From NCBI GenBank assembly GCA_046861645.1, contig JBHHUM010000053.1, positions 1-14,359 of the forward strand: 14,359 nt of DNA, in the 5' to 3' direction. The notes under the pieces were generated by a model, which was given only the letters and a program-made list of their open reading frames with translations, was not told the origin of the DNA and searched no databases. The DNA comes from Fidelibacterota bacterium (lineage in GTDB: Bacteria > Fidelibacterota > Marinisomatia > Marinisomatales > UBA2128). A program made the translations under genes and the position numbers. Positions 8,131 to 14,359 of this stretch are shown here, piece by piece (position 1 is the stretch's first letter; every line of letters starts with the position of its first letter).

Positions 8131-8649
8131 ATGGAAAACTATCACGAAGAAGGATTGGTTTTCTTTACTGATCTCACCAATTTTTTCCATTCTACCAAAG
8201 GTATAAAGACCGAGCAGGTAGCTGATCTTTTGACTACCTTTGCTGAAATCACTAATAGTACGGTTAACTCAGGTAGTGGCCAAGTCATCGATTACATGGG
8301 TGATAGTGCTTTGGGCTTCTTCCCAGCTAAATTAGCTGATCAAGGAGTCAGGACACTCATGGATATGAAACATCAGGTGGAGGAGTGGTTGATTACCGAA
8401 GGCTACAAAATGAAGTTGAGGGTGGGTGCTCATTATGGTCCTTTTATGGTGATCTTTCTGCCACCCTTTACAACCCCGGACATTCTTGGTGAGACGGCGA
8501 ACATTGCTGTGCGATTGGGTTCCGGTGGTCAGTCCTCTCATAGGGGACGTTTTATTCTTTCGGCTGCTGCGTTCAGAAAACTTGCTCCAGAAACTCGAAA
8601 GAGTTTTCATAAGTACACAGAACCGATAGTTTATCTAGCGGAAGAGTAA
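8131..8649 (+). CDS. stand-alone class III nucleotide cyclase (adenylate/guanylate cyclase domain)
   Basis: Metal-binding Asp in VFFTDLTNF and YMGDS; RVGAHYG; DILGETANIAVRL retaining the transition-state Asn and Arg; GAGGAGGA RBS at 8119-8126. Confidence 0.88.
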   Translation: MENYHEEGLVFFTDLTNFFHSTKGIKTEQVADLLTTFAEITNSTVNSGSGQVIDYMGDSALGFFPAKLADQGVRTLMDMKHQVEEWLITEGYKMKLRVGAHYGPFMVIFLPPFTTPDILGETANIAVRLGSGGQSSHRGRFILSAAAFRKLAPETRKSFHKYTEPIVYLAEE

Positions 8650-8688
8650 CATGAACGCTCACTGAGTCACGAGTACAGAATAGTCTTG

Positions 8689-8731
8689 CTGACCTAATTC
8701 AAACGTATAGTCAATCCTGGAATTAGGTCAG
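8689..8731. repeat. perfect 12-bp inverted repeat downstream of the cyclase
   Basis: CTGACCTAATTC (8689-8700), 19-nt loop, GAATTAGGTCAG (8720-8731); no strong U-tract. Confidence 0.7.
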
Positions 8732-9061
8732 TGCAATTCTGTTAATCTTGTCCATTTAATGAATGGCGATAATTTAACTTTCTAGAAAGAGTTGGGACTG
8801 TGACCTCATTTTTTACTTACAATAGTGAGAAATCTTCCAATCCCATAATCTGGAAACTGGAAATCATAAGGTTTTGTGGGTCATAGAATGAGCTTAAGGA
8901 GCTAGTGTGTTGGGAGGAACTTGTGTTAGTTATTGGTAGAAGACTATATCCAAAACAAGCATATGACTTTTACTTCAATAAGTCTGGTGGATAATGAATA
9001 TTACTTATTCGGAATTATAAATTAATGAAAACCTGATTTAGTTGATTATTTAGGGTATTTA

Positions 9062-9283
9062 CTATGATTCTCGACGTTTCTTTTTCGCAATCCAAACGGT
9101 GAGCCACTTCCGGTAACTACTTAAGGGAGTATTTGTTAAGGATTTGATCTTCTCCCAGTTTTGAAGTGCAATAACTACGATAATTACGATAATGATCGGT
9201 TGGGCCAATTGTGACTTGGCTACAACAACCCCAATAAGGAGACTCATTATCAATTTTGCAAGAAGTAGATAGGTCTTTATCAT
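9062..9283 (-). CDS. putative small membrane protein (two hydrophobic segments, basic C-terminus)
   Basis: 73-aa ORF with two hydrophobic stretches and a KKKRR tail; only a weak GGA RBS; no family recognised. Confidence 0.45.
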   Translation of the reverse strand: MIKTYLLLAKLIMSLLIGVVVAKSQLAQPIIIVIIVVIALQNWEKIKSLTNTPLSSYRKWLTVWIAKKKRRES

Positions 9284-9443
9284 TTTTTATCCATTAATAA
9301 CTTTCCGTACTACGCCCTCGATTTTTAAGAGTTCACTTTGTTGTGATCATCGACACATAAATACTTTTTACTACACTTCCATTTATCCCCAGGTTCATTT
9401 AGATTTAACCTGAACCGTGCGATGGATGTCTGATGAATAATAT

Positions 9444-10043
9444 ATGAAATCGATAACCAAAATTTTATTGTTCACAATATTGCTGGTGTCTTTCGTCCTT
9501 TCACAACCCCAACACTCTCGCTATATCCTGGAAATCGGTGGTGGGACTTCCTATCTGATGCCACGCATGGAGTTTAGTAACGCTTGGGGTTTCAAGGCTC
9601 AGGGTTTTTGGTATCTATCTCCTCGATACGCACTCGGTATTAATTATAGCTCAACTACTGTTGATACTAAAGATGGAGGGCAAAAGGAGACTATTGCCAC
9701 TACTGGGGCAACTATTGAGGTTTCTTTTCGACGGGGGGATCCTTTAACAAGTTTTACTACTCTTGGTATGTCAAATTTATCTGTTGAGGAAGGACTACTA
9801 TTTGTGTTAGGCTTCGGTATCAGGATACCATTAGGAGAAAAGTGGTTATTGAGATTAAGTTTACGGGATTACCAGACAGATTTAGGGATACCCTTTGTTA
9901 CTTTTCCAGGTGGCCACGTGGCTGTACAAGGAAGTGGTTCTAACTATCTTGAACTTGGTGTGACAATATACCGGAAACTTTTGCAGAGCAAATCTGATTT
10001 AAAGAATTTTCCCAAAGAAAGAAGGAGACGTTTTGAATGGTAG
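9444..10043 (+). CDS. secreted protein, probable small outer-membrane beta-barrel
   Basis: Signal peptide (MKSITKILLFTILLVSFVLS); amphipathic strands LEIGGGTSY, WYLSPRYALGINY, LGFGIRIPLGEKWLLRLSLRDY, YLELGVTIY. Confidence 0.7.
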   Translation: MKSITKILLFTILLVSFVLSQPQHSRYILEIGGGTSYLMPRMEFSNAWGFKAQGFWYLSPRYALGINYSSTTVDTKDGGQKETIATTGATIEVSFRRGDPLTSFTTLGMSNLSVEEGLLFVLGFGIRIPLGEKWLLRLSLRDYQTDLGIPFVTFPGGHVAVQGSGSNYLELGVTIYRKLLQSKSDLKNFPKERRRRFEW

Positions 10044-10420
10044 CTTTGAGACAATATTTTATTATGACGATCATATGTTTAGTTTCTATTGGAAGTTCAA
10101 TTCTAGCTCAGGAAACTGTTAATGAAACTAAGCCAGCAAAACAGCTTACCCCGAAGAAGCAAATTCTTGGAACTTGGAAAGGGGGTCCGGAAGGGATGCA
10201 GGAGGCTACTTTCACTTTTATGTTTAATGGTTCAGTTTTTATCGACGATGAAAAAGCCAGATGGACGATTTCAGGTGAGAGTGAGCCTTATACTCTTACT
10301 CTCAGCTATAAAAATTCTTTCTATGAAGATGAAGTGTGGGGCTTGTCGTTTGAAAGTGATTCGACACTCATGTTTTATATCGGTGAAGCAGTGGAAATTC
10401 TTATGAAAAAGGTCGAGTAG
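10037..10420 (+). CDS. secreted hypothetical protein, possibly lipocalin-like beta fold
   Basis: Signal peptide ending ILA-Q; ILGTWK motif followed by short beta strands; overlaps the upstream gene by 7 nt (ATGGTAG). Confidence 0.7.
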   Translation: MVALRQYFIMTIICLVSIGSSILAQETVNETKPAKQLTPKKQILGTWKGGPEGMQEATFTFMFNGSVFIDDEKARWTISGESEPYTLTLSYKNSFYEDEVWGLSFESDSTLMFYIGEAVEILMKKVE

Positions 10421-10687
10421 TCTGGAAGAACAGTGTTATTGATCTATTTGTAAAAGTAGGGGAAAATGAATGTTGAAATGCTCTTTTACGTTTTGAATGT
10501 CCTTGGACTTGCTAAGGAGGATAGGTTTTCGTATTAAAAAATTGTCATTACTTACTCGAATGAATAATGAACCATAGTATTTAGTACCTTGTCCTGGTTT
10601 TCTAAGATCGCAGAACTATCTCTCCCATTAAAGTTGACTATTACGGCTATACTATTTCTTGTAGGATTAAAATTTGGTGCTGTAATT

Positions 10688-11314
10688 CTAATTTTTCTCC
10701 CATTCATCTTTCATCCCTCCCGTAAGCACCGATGAATTATTGGTTAGCTGGAATCGCCACGGTTTGATGGCGTCTTCTCCAGCATAACTGACACCTACTC
10801 TTGGTCCGACCTCAATCTTTTCATCAGGAATAGTTATCCCAATATCTTCCAGCCAAATGAGATCTCCTGTCAGATCAGTTCCAGTATGGGAGGTGAGAAT
10901 GCCCAATGCTTGAGTTACTGTCCCGGGACCAACGATGAGATTTGGATCAACACTGTTTTTTTTCCGTCTTTGGAGGATTACTTCTATACCTATTGACGGT
11001 TTAATCGCTCGAATTAGAATGGCGTGGGGTGTATCCTTGACATTGGTAACGATATTGAATAGATGATGAATACCGTAACAGAGATAGACATACGCAACAC
11101 CACCTTGGTGGTACATGATCTCTGTTCTTTTGGTTCGACGCCAGTTGTAGGCGTGTGAAGCGCGGTCACTAGTCCCAGCATAGGCTTCTGTCTCTATTAT
11201 TATTCCACCAGTAACCATCCCGTTAAATCGGGTCAATAAAAGTTTGCCTAACAATTCTCGAGCAATTAGTACTACATCAGAACGGATGTAGAATTCGGGA
11301 GATAACTTGGACAT
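10688..11314 (-). CDS. mpg: DNA-3-methyladenine glycosylase (MPG/AAG family)
   Basis: ARELLGK, IIETEAY (catalytic Glu), DRASHAY, AYVYLCYGIH, LIRA, GPG...QALGI, GPRVGV, PWRF. Confidence 0.96.
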   Translation of the reverse strand: MSKLSPEFYIRSDVVLIARELLGKLLLTRFNGMVTGGIIIETEAYAGTSDRASHAYNWRRTKRTEIMYHQGGVAYVYLCYGIHHLFNIVTNVKDTPHAILIRAIKPSIGIEVILQRRKKNSVDPNLIVGPGTVTQALGILTSHTGTDLTGDLIWLEDIGITIPDEKIEVGPRVGVSYAGEDAIKPWRFQLTNNSSVLTGGMKDEWEKN

Positions 11315-11347
11315 GAAGTTTAGTAAAGGAGTGAAAAAAGTGGAGAA

Positions 11348-11572
11348 TTAATGCCTGTAAACGATACGTCCTCGAGTAAGATCATAGGGTGATATTTCTA
11401 AAGTTACCTGGTCACCGGGAAGAATTTTTATAAAGTGTTTGCGCATTTTACCACCAACATAGGCTAAAACCTGATGAGTTTTACCGCCAATCTCCATTTC
11501 TACCCGGAACATGGAATTAGGTAGGGCTTCGATAATCGTTCCTTCAGCTGTAATGGGTTTCTCTTTTGCCAT
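11348..11572 (-). CDS. infA: translation initiation factor IF-1
   Basis: MAKE...[10 protein letters not shown]...[33 protein letters not shown]; start revised from TTG 11578 to ATG 11572. Confidence 0.97.
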   Translation of the reverse strand: MAKEKPITAEGTIIEALPNSMFRVEMEIGGKTHQVLAYVGGKMRKHFIKILPGDQVTLEISPYDLTRGRIVYRH

Positions 11573-11620
11573 GGTCAAAGAAATTTACATAACAATAGGG
11601 TAAATGACAGTAAAAGAGTT

Positions 11621-11767
11621 GGCAGATCTGTCAGCAGCTCCTCATTAAAAGATAATTCAGTCTGATTAATGGGAGCCACTGACAAATCCTACCCTTAAAA
11701 CAAGCTGATAGTTGTTAATTATCGGCTCGTCTTACACCCAAGGCTTCGAGGAGGGTTCAAGCCTCGG
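11621..11767 (-). ncRNA. candidate structured RNA (three hairpins) between the 11785 gene and infA
   Basis: Hairpins at 11738-11767, 11703-11727 and a long one at 11621-11693 whose 17-bp core pairs fully on the minus strand using G-U pairs. No known family recognised. Confidence 0.45.
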
Positions 11768-11784
11768 ATAAAATCAATAGTTCC

Positions 11785-12396
11785 TCACTTCCCAGTGGCG
11801 GATGAGCTTCCAGAGCCCACTCCTCGAGACGTACTTAGGAGAATTTCCTTACTTACGGGGATACTGACTTCTGGAATAGTAGCAGAGTCGTTGGGTATGA
11901 TTGCACCAGGGACATTGTCTTTCCCCGCTGAATCTGCTGATGTAAGAGTTGCTTCCCTCACAGGATGAAGTTCACTGGCGAAATTGGTCGTATACTTTGC
12001 TCCCTTCCAAATGAAGATCTTTCCTGAACCTAATTTTCTACGGGCTCTCCTGAAGGCTTCAGAGAAGGATTCATTTTCATCTCCTGGGACGTGATATTCT
12101 TTATCACTTACCTTAGGTGAGACATTTTGTGGAGACTTTGTTTCGGACTCTTCGGAATTAAGAATAGCTTGATTCTGAAGGTTGGCAACGGTAGAGAGGG
12201 TAACATCCTTATTGAAGGGAGTGAGATCTATTCGTTCCTCTGGTTTGGAGGGTTTTGGTGAGGAAGTCGTGACGGGCGGGGAGTTCGCTTTGGAAATCTT
12301 ATCAGAAGTTCGGTTGTAAAGCCCCAGAATTATTACCAAAGCTAATAGAGCACTCACAGAAATTAACACTACAGTTTGTTTTAGCTCTTTTTTCAT
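11785..12396 (-). CDS. membrane-anchored protein with low-complexity linkers and an FxxAFxxAR...FxWxGxxYTT module
   Basis: Start revised to ATG 12396 (AAGGAG upstream). N-terminal TM helix, S/P/T-rich linkers, compact module SFSEAFRRARRKLGSGKIFIWKGAKYTTNF. Confidence 0.8.
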   Translation of the reverse strand: MKKELKQTVVLISVSALLALVIILGLYNRTSDKISKANSPPVTTSSPKPSKPEERIDLTPFNKDVTLSTVANLQNQAILNSEESETKSPQNVSPKVSDKEYHVPGDENESFSEAFRRARRKLGSGKIFIWKGAKYTTNFASELHPVREATLTSADSAGKDNVPGAIIPNDSATIPEVSIPVSKEILLSTSRGVGSGSSSATGK

Positions 12397-12424
12397 TTTC
12401 GTTCTCCTTCTGTTGTTTACCAAT

Positions 12425-12454
12425 AAAAAAAGAGGGACGTGTTAACGATCCCTC
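12425..12454 (-). terminator. intrinsic terminator directly upstream of the RBS of the 11785-12396 gene
   Basis: Minus strand GAGGGA-t-CGT-taac-ACG-TCCCTC followed by T7. Confidence 0.7.
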
Positions 12455-12579
12455 CTCGTTATCTAATTCTGGGTTTTCGACCCAGCTTTTCACGTTAACG
12501 TGGGTTTTGGATCAAGAGTTCCCTGACTTGATGAGAAGAGCGTTTTTAGTTATTACAAATTTCTGGTTACCTACAATAC

Positions 12580-12607
12580 GTTAGACGTTAGAAGTTAGAT
12601 ATTAGAC
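12580..12607. repeat. heptamer tandem repeat, 4 copies
   Basis: GTTAGAC GTTAGAA GTTAGAT ATTAGAC. Confidence 0.75.
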
Positions 12608-12837
12608 GAGATGATTGAGATAGTTCATTAAAGTTAGGAGTGTGGTGAAGCTTCAGGAATTCAAATGGGTAAAAAAATCCAGAGAGTGACAAGAGGATTG
12701 CACCCGGTAGAAATAGTGAATCAATCAGAAGGAAAAAATAAGAAACTACCTTTGAGGATGAGTCTTCCTCCACATCATTTCTACATATAGTATGAGTAAG
12801 ATGGCTTGAATTCAACTACTAAGTGCAACTCAACTGC

Positions 12838-14262
12838 TTAATAGAAATCATTTGAAGTCAAAAATGTGACCTCAGAATGCACTGGCATTAGTCTATCCAA
12901 CAAAAAAGCTTCTTGATTATAAAGGTATTTATCAAAGAAGGCTAAAGTATAATCATTTACAATTCTAAAAGTACGTTGGGGTTGGATCGAGCCTGCACCT
13001 GTCGCTGATTTAAGAGGCGTTATTAAGACTCCCTCGGCAAAATTGCTATGCGTAGTCCCCGCAATTGACAACACATAACAGTCACTGGCCAGCGATTGAA
13101 AGGCACCCGTTCGTTCCTGTTGCTTCCCATAACTTTCGTGATAAATGTACATCGAAGGTCGTTTCACTGAACTGGTAAGTGTACCTCCATCAAGATATAC
13201 AACAGCTTTAATCCGATTATCACGTCCTAAAGCATCATAGACAGAACTAGCTCCATAAGAATAACCAACTGCGCCAATACGAGACAAGTCTAACTGATTT
13301 ACAAACGGGCTGGATGATGAATTTGCATTCAGCCATTCTATTCTATCTAAAACAAAAAGTACATCTGTCATTCGTTCATATAACGGATCACCTTTTTTTC
13401 GTAGCGCTTCAATTTCTTCCTTTGAGTGTATACTAACATCGGGATATTGGAATTGTTTGTCTTTCATGATCACTCGTCTTGCATCAGGGAATATGGTTAC
13501 AAAAGCATCATAGGTATGATTAATCGATATAACAACATATCCATGACTGGCCAACTCTTCTACATTGAAGGTACTATAATTCATGTTACCTCCATAGCCA
13601 TGAGAGTAGATAATAACCGGGAAATGTGATTTTTTCATTAATATTTGTGCATTTTGATATGAATGCGTAGTAACTAACGAAATATGGTCAAAAATAAATT
13701 CCGGCAACCCTAAAATGTTGGCTTGAGCGCGCCCAATAGTTTTTGAGGCTCTACCCCAATAAGAAACAGGCTTCCTACCAGACACATGTTCAGCAGGATA
13801 CCATATTTGTACCATAATTTCACGGACATCTGTGGTATCATCTGTAAAAATCTCCGGTCTGGTATGATCGACCCAGTGATAAGTGACCGTTCCAATGGAA
13901 TGTGGTCCTGTCGGTGTCGGTAAGGAAAATACTGGTAAAAGGATGGAAAGTATTGCCGACAGACATAGTAGCACTATTCCTGCAACGTTGGTTATGAGCG
14001 CTAACCATCGGTGTGATGTTTGTAGACTTTGACTGGATCGCCGAATCATAGCCCATAGACTCGACATAAAAAGCACACCCGAGACAAAGTAAGCTGTTAT
14101 CATTTGCCACCTGTAGCCTTCTACTAGAAAGTGAAGCAATACGATCAGTAATGTTATTAGTGGAAGCCATCGAAGCCATTTTGGTCTTAAACCGCTATAG
14201 AGTACTGACCCTAGAAGAGCTGGTAGATTTAAGACAATAATTCCAATCTCAAGAATTCTCAT
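12838..14262 (-). CDS. membrane-anchored alpha/beta hydrolase (PAF-acetylhydrolase-like carboxylic ester hydrolase)
   Basis: About 4 N-terminal TM helices; LPTPTGPHSIG, VQIWYPA, PVIIYSHG, ELASHGYVV, nucleophile elbow GYSYG, YLDG (Asp), GTTHSNF (His). Confidence 0.92.
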   Translation of the reverse strand: MRILEIGIIVLNLPALLGSVLYSGLRPKWLRWLPLITLLIVLLHFLVEGYRWQMITAYFVSGVLFMSSLWAMIRRSSQSLQTSHRWLALITNVAGIVLLCLSAILSILLPVFSLPTPTGPHSIGTVTYHWVDHTRPEIFTDDTTDVREIMVQIWYPAEHVSGRKPVSYWGRASKTIGRAQANILGLPEFIFDHISLVTTHSYQNAQILMKKSHFPVIIYSHGYGGNMNYSTFNVEELASHGYVVISINHTYDAFVTIFPDARRVIMKDKQFQYPDVSIHSKEEIEALRKKGDPLYERMTDVLFVLDRIEWLNANSSSSPFVNQLDLSRIGAVGYSYGASSVYDALGRDNRIKAVVYLDGGTLTSSVKRPSMYIYHESYGKQQERTGAFQSLASDCYVLSIAGTTHSNFAEGVLITPLKSATGAGSIQPQRTFRIVNDYTLAFFDKYLYNQEAFLLDRLMPVHSEVTFLTSNDFY

Positions 14263-14359
14263 GTAAAGGTTTCCGCTTGTTCACAAACGTGTTTAACTGG
14301 CAACTATTTGTAAAAAAATTCTATTTTCAATTGTTTGACGCTTTGATGTTGACGGTCAA

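Noticed and set aside
8644..8747. Integron attC site after the cyclase (GAGTAAC over the stop codon ... GTTAATC, 6/7 complementary)
   Set aside because: Both boxes deviate from RYYYAAC/GTTRRRY, L boxes do not pair at the expected spacing, the dominant hairpin is off-centre, and no integrase or second attC is seen. IntegronFinder would settle it.
12580..12607. Integron core sites (GTTAGAC fits GTTRRRY)
   Set aside because: Simple tandem heptamers with no paired inverse core or L boxes.
12588..12815. 75-aa minus-strand ORF after the hydrolase
   Set aside because: TTG start, no clear RBS, ends within the heptamer repeat, no family recognised; not fully excluded.
8332..14179. ORFs 8332-8610, 10122-10406, 12302-12493, 13426-13629, 13710-13895, 13838-14179
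   Set aside because: Shadow frames overlapping confident CDSs.

Overview
Bacterial chromosomal window, fairly AT-rich, probably from a Gram-negative (diderm) organism since it has a signal-peptide beta-barrel-like gene; finer taxonomy cannot be established from sequence alone. Left to right: (i) a tight minus-strand operon of a ~74-aa small helical protein, a 103-aa hypothetical and the 5' part of a COG3044-type ABC-class ATPase missed by the ORF track; (ii) a COG1373/DUF4143 AAA+ ATPase with substitutions at conserved motifs; (iii) a transglutaminase-like protein + ABC ATPase + ABC permease operon; (iv) a decayed GxxExxY pseudogene bracketed by degenerate inverted repeats; (v) a thermonuclease gene; (vi) a stand-alone class III nucleotide cyclase with atypical specificity residues, preceded by a promoter and a tandem two-hairpin leader; (vii) small membrane/secreted protein genes; (viii) 3-methyladenine DNA glycosylase, infA and a membrane-anchored protein with an FxxAFxxAR..FxWxGxxYTT module, flanked on both sides by structured non-coding sequence; (ix) a membrane-anchored PAF-AH-like alpha/beta hydrolase. 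The best candidates for undescribed biology are the twin-hairpin leader/atypical cyclase unit and the attenuator-like leader and 3' structured RNA around the 11785-12396 gene. Family calls come from motif recognition by eye, not database searches.
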